A stretch of 32,000 nt of DNA, taken from Copranaerobaculum intestinale. GTDB taxonomy: Bacteria > Bacillota_I > Bacilli_A > Erysipelotrichales > Erysipelotrichaceae. Made by a program: the position numbers and the translations under genes. Each line of letters starts with the position of its first letter. The first letter of the stretch is position 1. The notes under the pieces are model-generated. The model saw only the letters and a program-made list of their open reading frames with translations. It searched no databases and was not told the DNA's origin. Positions 17,142 to 24,410 of this stretch are shown here, piece by piece. Where the stretch lies: assembly GCF_009831105.1 (NCBI RefSeq), contig NZ_WUUQ01000003.1, positions 90,001 through 122,000 of the forward strand. Direction: 5' to 3'.

Positions 17142-17614
17142 ATCAGGAAATTATGAGACGTATTCGACAGGTGCTGCTTGTACTGCTGATATTAGGGCTT
17201 CTGTATTATCCTTTTTACAGTGGTGACAGCCGTACCGACTGTAAGACGATGGAAGCGGCGATTACCAAACTGATCAAGTCAGAAACCATGAATAAGCAGG
17301 ATGCCAATGGACTGAAACGATATTATGACATCAGTGTAAAGGATACGGAAGGCTTCATCCTATATACGCCGAAGTCGATGATGGATGTAGATGAGCTCCT
17401 TATTATTAAACTGAAAACCGGTGATGACGGAGCTGTTTTTCGCAAAGCCGTAGAAGCCCGACTGGCTACACAGCTGAAAAACTTCAACGGTTATGGAACG
17501 AATCAGACTGAATTACTAAACAAACATAAATTGGTCATTAAAAAGGGATACCTGTTCTATGCGGTATCCAAACAGGCAGATACCTGGAAGCAGATATTCC
17601 AGGATGCACTTTAG
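17138..17614 (+). CDS. DUF4358-like membrane-anchored protein
   Basis: There is an ATGA start/stop overlap with the upstream gene, and the SD GGAGGTGG lies 7 nt upstream. It has an N-terminal TM, and MDVDELLIIKLK plus its size match my memory of DUF4358 proteins in MBOAT/DHHW clusters. Confidence 0.55.
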   Translation: MNQEIMRRIRQVLLVLLILGLLYYPFYSGDSRTDCKTMEAAITKLIKSETMNKQDANGLKRYYDISVKDTEGFILYTPKSMMDVDELLIIKLKTGDDGAVFRKAVEARLATQLKNFNGYGTNQTELLNKHKLVIKKGYLFYAVSKQADTWKQIFQDAL

Positions 17615-17628
17615 GGAGGGATGATGTG

Positions 17629-19026
17629 ATGACATTTCAAACAATTCCATTTCTCTTTCTGTTTCTGCCATTGTTTTTAATTGGGTATTTGATCTGTCCC
17701 CGCAAGGGCAAGCTGCTGATTCTGACAATCGGCAGTTTACTGTTTTATGCATGGGGAGAACCGCTTTATGTGATACTGTTGATGGTCTCCGTTGGATATT
17801 GTTATTGGGCAGCGAAAAAGATCGACCAAAGCGAGCGGCCGAAAGTACGCCGCAGGATCCTTTTTCAAGCGATTGCAATTCATGTCTTTGCACTTCTCTA
17901 TATGAAATATTACGGCTTTTTCCTTGATACGCTGCGATCCTTACTGCATGCCTCCTGGACATATAAAACTTTGCCAATGCCGTTGGGCATTTCATTCTAT
18001 ACCTTTATGATGCTATCCTATCTGTTGGATGTGTATTGGGGCAAGGTGAAGGCATCCACGAATATCCTTACGTTTTCTGCATATGCAACCTTTTTTCCTA
18101 AATTAATAATGGGCCCGATTGACCGCTATGCGAACATGGTTGAAGATCTGGAGCATCCGACTCCGAATGTATTTTCATTTGGTGAGGGAGCAGAGCGATT
18201 TCTAAAAGGACTTGCGAAAAAGGTTTTACTGGCTGATGCATTGGGAATCATATGGACAAATGTCCAGTCCGGCAGTCCGTCTGATCTTTCGCTTGTTACA
18301 GCATGGATCGGTGCTTTGGCCTATACCCTGCAGATTTATTATGACTTCAGCGGTTATACGGATATGGCGATTGGACTGGCCAAAATGATGGGAATCCGCT
18401 TGATGGAAAACTTTCAAAGACCGTATCTGTCTACCAGCATTACGATGTTCTGGCGGCGCTGGCATATTTCTTTGAGCAGCTGGTTTCGGGATTATATCTA
18501 TATTCCGCTTGGCGGCAACCGCGTATCAAAAGGTAAGCATATTCGCAATATTATGATCGTATGGATGCTGACCGGCTTCTGGCACGGAGCAAATTGGACT
18601 TTTATTGTCTGGGGCCTCTATTACGGAGTCCTGCTGATTCTTGAGAAATATGTCTTCAGCAGTGCGATGAAAAAACTGCCGGTAATAATACAATGGCTGA
18701 TCACCGCATTCCTGGTGATCATCAGCTGGGTAATCTTTGCATCACCGGATGTAAGCAGTGCGCTTGCATATTTGAAATCAATGTTCTTCATGCAGGGAAA
18801 TCTTCTTGTTGATGAGCAGACCTGGTGGTTGCTATCAAATAACTTGATTCTTCTGATTCTGGGCGTTCTGTTTGTGCTGCCGCTGGGTGAAAATATTGCA
18901 CGGCGTCTGAAACAGAACTATGGGGGAGCAATCGCCCTGAATATTCTTTATCTTGCGATGTTTGCCCTCTCTTTAGCGTATATGATGGGACAGACATATC
19001 AGACATTTCTGTATGCACAGTTTTAG
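17629..19026 (+). CDS. MBOAT-family membrane O-acyltransferase (AlgI/DltB/PatA-like)
   Basis: The SD GGGAGGG lies 8 nt upstream. Motifs are FWRRWHISLSSWFRDYIYIPLGGNR and the catalytic-His motif GFWHGANW. The protein is multi-TM. Confidence 0.88.
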   Translation: MTFQTIPFLFLFLPLFLIGYLICPRKGKLLILTIGSLLFYAWGEPLYVILLMVSVGYCYWAAKKIDQSERPKVRRRILFQAIAIHVFALLYMKYYGFFLDTLRSLLHASWTYKTLPMPLGISFYTFMMLSYLLDVYWGKVKASTNILTFSAYATFFPKLIMGPIDRYANMVEDLEHPTPNVFSFGEGAERFLKGLAKKVLLADALGIIWTNVQSGSPSDLSLVTAWIGALAYTLQIYYDFSGYTDMAIGLAKMMGIRLMENFQRPYLSTSITMFWRRWHISLSSWFRDYIYIPLGGNRVSKGKHIRNIMIVWMLTGFWHGANWTFIVWGLYYGVLLILEKYVFSSAMKKLPVIIQWLITAFLVIISWVIFASPDVSSALAYLKSMFFMQGNLLVDEQTWWLLSNNLILLILGVLFVLPLGENIARRLKQNYGGAIALNILYLAMFALSLAYMMGQTYQTFLYAQF

Positions 19027-19037
19027 GAGGTGAGCCG

Positions 19038-20186
19038 ATGAAAGACACGAAAAGTCACTTTTTCTTTAATATTCTGATGGCGATTAGCTTTGCCGCAATC
19101 CTTGTCATCGCTTCGCTGGCATCGCTGTTTCGTGCGGATACTGTTTTCTCAGATACCGAGAATCGCAATCTGGCACAGCGGCCCTCCTGGAGTCTGGATG
19201 CTTATTTGGACGGATCCTTCATGAAAGATTACAATTCATATGCGAATGACCAATTTATCGCCCGTGACAGCTGGGTGAAATTGAAAACGGATGCAGAACT
19301 CGCACTTGGACGAAAAGAATTGAATCATGTCTATAAGGGATCAGATGGTTCACTGTTTGAACCATTTCAACCGCTTCCTGCAAAATCGCGTAATCAAACT
19401 GTAAGGGCGATGAATGAATTTGCGGCGGCTTATCCGGATGTAAAATTCCAAATGCTGCTGATTCCAAATGCAGCGGCAATTCTGCCGGAAAAGCTGCCAG
19501 CTCATCTATCGGATCAAAACCAGTTGAAAATGATGAAAAAGACTAGCCAAGAATTAAAAGGATACACTTGGATAGATGCAGTCGCACCGCTTCAAAAACA
19601 GCATGATAAGTATTTATATTACCGTAGTGATCATCACTGGACATCCATGGCAGCACATTATGTATTTGAAGAATTTGCAAAACAGAATAAACTGGATACA
19701 AAGAATCATAGCTTTGAACCCTATTTGATCAGTCGGAATTTTTACGGAACGCTGGCATCGCGAAGCTCCTATTACAGCAAGGATCCAGATGAAATATATA
19801 TGTACGTCACTAATAATAACGAAGATAAAAGTACGATTGCTTATGTGGAAGAACAGCAGAAAAGCGCTACCTTTTATGATCAGGAGAAGCTAAAGACAAA
19901 AGACCAGTACGCTGTATTCTTCGGCGGGAATCATCCGTTGATGGAAATCAATACCACATCGGCAGTTGATAAAACGCTGCTGATCTTTAAAGATTCGTAT
20001 GCGAATTGCTTTATTCCATTTCTAACGCCTTATTACAGCCGTATTGTAGTGGTTGATCCCCGTTATTATGCCGGTGATATTCATCAGTTGATGAAGGATC
20101 AGGGAATACAGGAGGTATTGTTTCTTTATAATGCGAATACGTTTTATCAGGATACATCACTGGATGTATTGCTGAGAAGTAAATAA
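19038..20186 (+). CDS. DHHW-family protein (AlgJ/AlgX-like SGNH fold, membrane anchored)
   Basis: The SD AGGAGG lies 7 nt upstream. It has an N-terminal TM, and the family-naming motif YYRSDHHWT is present. Confidence 0.8.
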   Translation: MKDTKSHFFFNILMAISFAAILVIASLASLFRADTVFSDTENRNLAQRPSWSLDAYLDGSFMKDYNSYANDQFIARDSWVKLKTDAELALGRKELNHVYKGSDGSLFEPFQPLPAKSRNQTVRAMNEFAAAYPDVKFQMLLIPNAAAILPEKLPAHLSDQNQLKMMKKTSQELKGYTWIDAVAPLQKQHDKYLYYRSDHHWTSMAAHYVFEEFAKQNKLDTKNHSFEPYLISRNFYGTLASRSSYYSKDPDEIYMYVTNNNEDKSTIAYVEEQQKSATFYDQEKLKTKDQYAVFFGGNHPLMEINTTSAVDKTLLIFKDSYANCFIPFLTPYYSRIVVVDPRYYAGDIHQLMKDQGIQEVLFLYNANTFYQDTSLDVLLRSK

Positions 20187-20207
20187 TGCCGGGAATTGAT
20201 TAAAATA

Positions 20208-20242
20208 AACATACTGCTGATATAAAGGCAGTATGTTTTTAT
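20208..20242 (+). terminator. rho-independent terminator after the O-acylation cluster
   Basis: The 11-bp stem AAACATACTGC / GCAGTATGTTT is followed by TTTTTA. Confidence 0.8.
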
Positions 20243-20317
20243 CTTTTGTTTTTCTTATGAATGTTAGCGGTCTTTTTTAAGATTCTTTTGCTATGATTAC
20301 AGAAAGGAGAATGGATT

Positions 20318-20407
20318 ATGAAGAAGGACAATAGTTCATGGATCTGGAAATTGATCATCCTGCTGCTTTTGATTGCGTTGGGCATTACCTTTTTGCAGAA
20401 AGGATAA
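20318..20407 (+). CDS. candidate small membrane peptide, 29 aa (MKKDNSSWIWKLIILLLLIALGITFLQKG); absent from the ORF track
   Basis: The SD AAAGGAG lies 8 nt upstream, and the extended -10 TGcTATGAT sits at 20289-20297. The peptide has a single hydrophobic helix flanked by Lys residues. Confidence 0.45.
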   Translation: MKKDNSSWIWKLIILLLLIALGITFLQKG

Positions 20408-20671
20408 GTTTTATATTAATACATAGATGATGATCCTGTGTATTTTGTATGTGGTTGATGACAATCAATGGCTTCGATGGATCGGGAAAAACCGAAAATT
20501 AGATGAGGAAGGGATAGCTTCGCATGTAATGCAGGCCGATGAAAATCGTGAAATATCTCTTCGTTTATTCAATGAGCCAAGTATGTGGTGTTGGAATGAT
20601 CATTCTGAGAGCTGTAATGATTACATTGATGGTGTGCTCATAGTATGTACTATTATCAGTGTTCTGACAAC

Positions 20672-20699
20672 CGTATCCAAAAGATACGATTCTTTTTTT
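20672..20699 (+). terminator. candidate rho-independent terminator
   Basis: CGTATC / GATACG (6 bp, loop CAAAA) is followed by ATTCTTTTTTT. Confidence 0.45.
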
Positions 20700-20762
20700 C
20701 TAAGGATGCTTTAGGTAGGCACTTGGGGAGGATCGAATGGTTAACAGAGGAATCAATCGGAT

Positions 20763-20789
20763 AAGAGGGTACGCACTCTTTTTCTTTTT
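20763..20789 (+). terminator. weak candidate terminator
   Basis: AAGAG(G)G / C(A)CTCTT is an imperfect stem followed by TTTTTCTTTTT. Confidence 0.35.
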
Positions 20790-20798
20790 ATCGGTGAA

Positions 20799-20807
20799 TG
20801 GTATAAT
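20799..20807 (+). promoter_or_regulatory. extended -10 promoter element (TGgTATAAT) for the HAD phosphatase gene
   Basis: TGGTATAAT lies 22 nt before ATG 20830. It sits inside the longest-ORF prediction, which argues for the shorter start. Confidence 0.6.
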
Positions 20808-20829
20808 GAATGAGAATTTTGGAGGAATT

Positions 20830-21597
20830 ATGAAGAAATATCTTTTTTTTGATATTGATGGAACCTTAACCGGTGAACAGGGTAGGATTTATGATTCCAC
20901 TCGGCGGACGCTGCGACAGCTTGAAGCCAATGGTCATTTCATCGCAATCACCACCGGACGCGCTCACTTTCGAGCACAGGAGTTTGCTGACGAAATCGGC
21001 ATCAGCCACATGGTGTGCGAGGGCGGTAATGCAGTTTGTGTGAACAATGAAATATTGAATTATGAACCCATGAATCAAAAAGCGCTGATCCGTGTCTGTG
21101 AGGAAGCTCAGGAAAAGGGCATCGGTTTTGCTTATTCCAACCAGGACAGCCGTATTCGCTATACCCCCAATGATGCTTTTATCAAGCAGGCAGGAGATTT
21201 TTCTATGTTTATGGAGGTGCAGGTAAAACCGGAACTTGATTATCATCACTGCGGAGTGCTGCGGCGAATCTTTGTTGCTTTGCCGCCATCAGAAGAATAT
21301 CGTTTGTCTTCTATGAATGGTATTGGATACATGCGCTATAATAATCAATTTTTGATCATTGAACCGGATAATAAATATCACGGTATCCGCAAAATGATGA
21401 AACTGATCCAAGCACCGGAAAGTGATGTTGTAGTATTTGGGGATGGCTTTAACGACCGCAAAATGTTTCAGCAGGCACCGTTTAAGATCGCGATGGGAAA
21501 TGCTATTGATGAGCTGAAAGAGCTTGCTGATTATGTAACTGCAGACTGTGACAATGATGGAATTGAAAAAGCTTGCCGGCATTTTGGTTGGATCTGA
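20830..21597 (+). CDS. Cof-type HAD-IIB family phosphatase
   Basis: The SD GGAGGA lies 3-4 nt upstream. Motifs are motif I FFDIDGTL, motif II ITTGR and motif IV GDGFNDRKMF. Confidence 0.85.
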   Translation: MKKYLFFDIDGTLTGEQGRIYDSTRRTLRQLEANGHFIAITTGRAHFRAQEFADEIGISHMVCEGGNAVCVNNEILNYEPMNQKALIRVCEEAQEKGIGFAYSNQDSRIRYTPNDAFIKQAGDFSMFMEVQVKPELDYHHCGVLRRIFVALPPSEEYRLSSMNGIGYMRYNNQFLIIEPDNKYHGIRKMMKLIQAPESDVVVFGDGFNDRKMFQQAPFKIAMGNAIDELKELADYVTADCDNDGIEKACRHFGWI

Positions 21598-21615
21598 TAC
21601 ATCGTGTTTGAAGTA

Positions 21616-21624
21616 TGATATACT
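21616..21624 (+). promoter_or_regulatory. extended -10 promoter element (TGaTATACT)
   Basis: TGATATACT lies 23 nt before ATG 21648. Confidence 0.5.
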
Positions 21625-21647
21625 AATAAAAAGAAGAGGCTGATGAT

Positions 21648-22115
21648 ATGAAAAAAGAAAATTTAGGATTGGCGGCATTGATCGCAGTTCTTTGTGTAAT
21701 CATGGGTGTTGCATATGTGAAAATCTATTCAGGGAAAACCGCTCCCCAGCAATGTGCGGTAAAAGCAGTTACTGAGATCAAGGAGCAGAGCAGCGGTTAT
21801 CGCGTACATATCAATAAGAGCTATAAAACCAAGAAGGATCGCTGTATTTCCTTTTCAATGAACCTGGATGTGAATACAGAATCAGATAAAGTTGTGTTTA
21901 CAGGTACAAAAACGAAAGAATACAACGATATCTTTAAAGTGAGCACCAAAGATAAGGATGTGAAAATCACAGCGAATGATGCAACGTTGGATCAGAATAA
22001 TCTTACTGTTTCGATTGAGGCGCTGATTAAAGAGAACTCGCAGAAAAATCATTATGACATTGAGGTAAAGGTTCCGTTGAAGATTTCAAACGGTAAGCTG
22101 ACAGAAGGGAAATGA
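21648..22115 (+). CDS. hypothetical membrane-anchored/secreted protein (155 aa)
   Basis: The SD AGAAGAGG lies 8 nt upstream. It has an N-terminal hydrophobic anchor (LAALIAVLCVIMGVAYV) and a Lys/Thr-rich beta-like remainder. Confidence 0.6.
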   Translation: MKKENLGLAALIAVLCVIMGVAYVKIYSGKTAPQQCAVKAVTEIKEQSSGYRVHINKSYKTKKDRCISFSMNLDVNTESDKVVFTGTKTKEYNDIFKVSTKDKDVKITANDATLDQNNLTVSIEALIKENSQKNHYDIEVKVPLKISNGKLTEGK

Positions 22116-22129
22116 CCCTTCTTTTTTTG
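22103..22129 (+). terminator. rho-independent terminator overlapping the stop codon
   Basis: AGAAGGG / CCCTTCT is followed by TTTTTTGTTT. Confidence 0.7.
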
Positions 22130-22143
22130 TTTAGGAAAGGTGA

Positions 22144-22172
22144 TTGTTAAGTAAATATGACCGGCGTATAAT
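22144..22172 (+). promoter_or_regulatory. sigma-A promoter
   Basis: TTGTTA, a 17-nt spacer and TATAAT. The predicted TSS is near 22179, downstream of the longest-ORF start. Confidence 0.6.
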
Positions 22173-22203
22173 GAATACAAAGGAGCAACAGGTGATAAGA
22201 AAT

Positions 22204-22965
22204 ATGAAAATATATGAAATCTTTTTTAGTCCTACAGGCGGCACTAAGCAGGTGGCTGACATCTTGGCCAAAGCATGGCAACAGGAAGTGATAGAAATCG
22301 ATTTATCAGCCTCTGAAAATGTTCTTGATAAAATGATCGAGAAAGACTCTTTTTGTATCATAGCTGCTCCGGTATTCGGGGGTCGGATCCCGGAAATCGC
22401 TGTATCCATGCTTCACCGATTGAAAGGCAATCAGGCAAAAGCAGTCGTCATTGCAGTATATGGCAATCGGGCGTATGAAGACGCCCTGCTGGAATTGAAA
22501 AATACAGCTGAAGCAGTAGGCTTTCATACGATTGCCGGCATCAGTGCGATCGCAGAACATTCTATCATGCATTGCTATGGGAAGAACCGTCCCGATCAAA
22601 ACGATTGTGCTCAGCTGTTAACGTTTGCGGAACAGATCAAGCAGAATTTTCATAACGAAGGAAAATTATCAATACCGGGAAATTACCCTTATAAGGAATA
22701 TAAGATATTGCCCATGATCCCGATCGTATCAAATGCTTGTACTCAGTGCGGCTTGTGTGCTGCTAAATGCCCGGTACACGCAATTTCCAAGGATTATCCT
22801 CAGGCTACAAGCTCTGATCAATGCATATCCTGTATGCGCTGCATCGCCATTTGTCCAAGCCATGCCCGTTTTCTGGAGCCAAAGAGTTTAATAAAGATCA
22901 CACAGAAGCTGGCTTCGGTTTGCAGTGAGCGAAAAGCGAATACATTATATTTGCGTGAGCGGTAA
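22204..22965 (+). CDS. flavodoxin-like domain fused to a 2x[4Fe-4S] ferredoxin domain (EFR1-type)
   Basis: It starts MKIYEIFFSPTGGTKQ (flavodoxin-like N-terminus). Two Cys clusters are present, CTQCGLCAAKCP and CISCMRCIAICP. Confidence 0.75.
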   Translation: MKIYEIFFSPTGGTKQVADILAKAWQQEVIEIDLSASENVLDKMIEKDSFCIIAAPVFGGRIPEIAVSMLHRLKGNQAKAVVIAVYGNRAYEDALLELKNTAEAVGFHTIAGISAIAEHSIMHCYGKNRPDQNDCAQLLTFAEQIKQNFHNEGKLSIPGNYPYKEYKILPMIPIVSNACTQCGLCAAKCPVHAISKDYPQATSSDQCISCMRCIAICPSHARFLEPKSLIKITQKLASVCSERKANTLYLRER

Positions 22966-23017
22966 TGTATATGAATCTGCCGATCTGAATTTCGCATGAT
23001 TTACCAGCCGTTTTTTT
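22958..23017 (+). terminator. weak candidate terminator (long-loop hairpin + T-run)
   Basis: GCGGTAA / TTACC(A)GC has a ~38-nt loop and is followed by CGTTTTTTT. Confidence 0.3.
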
Positions 23018-23138
23018 GAGAATGGATTCCTTGCCGATAACCAATGCAAGGATTGGTGAGCAATCTATTTAAAAATTCCAAAATATGTAAATTATGCGAT
23101 AAATAAAGGATATTTTTAATATTTTTAAGCGGATTAAA

Positions 23139-23167
23139 TTGCAATAGTGTCTAAAACAAGATAGAAT
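23139..23167 (+). promoter_or_regulatory. sigma-A promoter driving the candidate small RNA
   Basis: TTGCAA (23139-23144), a 17-nt spacer and TAGAAT (23162-23167). The predicted TSS is about 23174. Confidence 0.55.
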
Positions 23168-23173
23168 AAATAC

Positions 23174-23265
23174 GGATATTAATACAGCTGGATCGTCATT
23201 CTTCCCCCACCCATATTTGACGGTTCAGTGTCTCCCCCAAAAAAGATTGTATTAATATCCTTTTT
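23174..23265 (+). ncRNA. candidate ~92-nt structured small RNA with two exposed C-rich motifs
   Basis: A perfect 13-bp outer stem (23174-23186 / 23248-23260) is followed by TTTTT. An 11-bp inner stem (23188-23198 / 23218-23228, 2 G-U pairs) closes a 19-nt loop containing TTCCCCCACCC. The 19-nt linker contains TCTCCCCCA. No ORF is present. Confidence 0.45.
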
Positions 23266-23302
23266 ATGTTGTCTTGCGTATTTACGGTTTTTTTGCATAT
23301 AG

Positions 23303-23321
23303 ATACTGAAATTTTCAGTAT
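23303..23321. promoter_or_regulatory. perfect 9-1-9 palindrome, candidate operator upstream of the superoxide reductase gene
   Basis: ATACTGAAA-T-TTTCAGTAT lies 90 nt upstream of ATG 23411 and upstream of the candidate -35. Confidence 0.4.
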
Positions 23322-23340
23322 TCAAAGGTGAGCATTCTGC

Positions 23341-23369
23341 TGGTAACTGCTGCGGCATATGGTTATAAT
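23341..23369 (+). promoter_or_regulatory. candidate promoter for dfx
   Basis: TATAAT lies at 23364-23369, and the -35 (TGGTAA) at 17-nt spacing is weak. Confidence 0.4.
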
Positions 23370-23410
23370 AGGTGCGTACTCAGATAGAGAAGAGTAAAGG
23401 AGATTAAACT

Positions 23411-23791
23411 ATGAAAATTTTAAAATGTTCTGTATGTGGAAATATTGTTGAGATGCTTCATGATGCTGGAGTTCCGATTATGTGCTGCGGTCAGCCGATG
23501 AAGGAACTGAAGGCCGGAGAAAGTGACGGAGCTTTGGAAAAACACGTTCCGGCAGTTACTGTAGAAAACGGGGTTGTATCCGTACAGGTAGGAGAAGTTG
23601 AACATCCGATGCTGGCGGAACACCATATTGAATTTATTCTTGTCAAGGCGGGATCAAAGGTTATCCGCGCCGATTTACAGCCAGGTGAAAAACCGGTTGC
23701 GCAGGCAGTGATCGGTGATTATCACGGTCTGGTAGAAGTGTATGAATACTGTAACCTGCACGGTCTGTGGAAAAAGGAAGTAACGATTTAG
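23411..23791 (+). CDS. dfx: desulfoferrodoxin (2Fe superoxide reductase)
   Basis: The SD AAAGGAG lies 8 nt upstream. The N-terminal desulforedoxin motif is CSVCGN...CCG. Centre II landmarks are EKHVP, HPM, EHHIEF and YCNLHGLW. Confidence 0.88.
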   Translation: MKILKCSVCGNIVEMLHDAGVPIMCCGQPMKELKAGESDGALEKHVPAVTVENGVVSVQVGEVEHPMLAEHHIEFILVKAGSKVIRADLQPGEKPVAQAVIGDYHGLVEVYEYCNLHGLWKKEVTI

Positions 23792-23802
23792 TGATGTATT
23801 TG

Positions 23803-23839
23803 AGACAAATCCTGAGAATATTGGGATTTGTCTTTTTTC
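23803..23839 (+). terminator. rho-independent terminator after dfx
   Basis: The 10-bp stem AGACAAATCC / GGATTTGTCT is followed by TTTTTT. Confidence 0.8.
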
Positions 23840-23860
23840 ATGGGCATCAGGTAGGTATTT

Positions 23861-23869
23861 TGATATAAT
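23861..23869 (+). promoter_or_regulatory. extended -10 promoter element (TGaTATAAT)
   Basis: TGATATAAT lies 19 nt before ATG 23889. Confidence 0.55.
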
Positions 23870-23888
23870 GTAACAAGAGGTGAGGCGT

Positions 23889-24392
23889 ATGCTTTATGAG
23901 AAGTATTCTATCTTTCCGGTTGATCTGGAACAGGATGGATTTTTGGTGGATTATGTAGATGGTCGGTTTGTGATGGTTTTAAAGGATCGCAGCTGGAGTG
24001 ATTTTGAAATACAGGCTCTGCAGAGGCATCGAATCACCGTATCTTTTTTATATGAGCGAGTGTGTGCGTTGTTTCTTCTGGAAATAAATGATGCAATAGA
24101 TACAAGTGATGCGGCTTTTGATATTCATAACTGCGAGCATGCCGATAAACTGCTGAAGCAGGAAGAACCCTATGATATTGAAATATATCTCGTGGACAGC
24201 CGACATAAAATATGTGCACAGCGCTCAATTACTCTGCCGAAAGTGATGTGCGAGCTGATGAAAGAAAAATTAGAAATACAAGCTCAGACACCTTATGATG
24301 AAGCAGGATTTGACCGTGCCTTAATGAAATTGCAAGGGACCTATGAGCCGTTTGAAATGGAGCCGATGGCTGTCTGCCAGGCATTCTTTTAG
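23889..24392 (+). CDS. hypothetical cytoplasmic protein (167 aa)
   Basis: The ATG follows AGAGGTGAGG. It lies 18 nt upstream of malQ with no terminator between them. No family recognised. Confidence 0.55.
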   Translation: MLYEKYSIFPVDLEQDGFLVDYVDGRFVMVLKDRSWSDFEIQALQRHRITVSFLYERVCALFLLEINDAIDTSDAAFDIHNCEHADKLLKQEEPYDIEIYLVDSRHKICAQRSITLPKVMCELMKEKLEIQAQTPYDEAGFDRALMKLQGTYEPFEMEPMAVCQAFF

Positions 24393-24410
24393 GTATCGGA
24401 GGAATTGATC

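Noticed and set aside
20427-20714. 95-aa ORF (MMILCILYVVDDNQWLRW...) from the ORF track
   Set aside because: It has no Shine-Dalgarno. The composition is odd, Cys/Trp-rich with no recognisable motif. A hairpin+T-run (20672-20699) lies inside its 3' end, so a terminated transcript would lack its stop codon. I treat it as non-coding sequence downstream of the 29-aa sORF.
23174-23265. Whether the C-rich element is simply an RsaE/RoxS homologue
   Set aside because: The conserved RsaE signature (CCCCUUUGUUU repeated) is not present, and only the general C-rich-loop logic is shared. I kept it as a novel candidate rather than naming it.
23303-23321. Rex box interpretation of the dfx palindrome
   Set aside because: Rex sites are even-length (TGTGAA-N4-TTCACA-like). 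Here the half-sites CTGAA/TTCAG are 3 nt apart in an odd-length palindrome, so the geometry does not fit.
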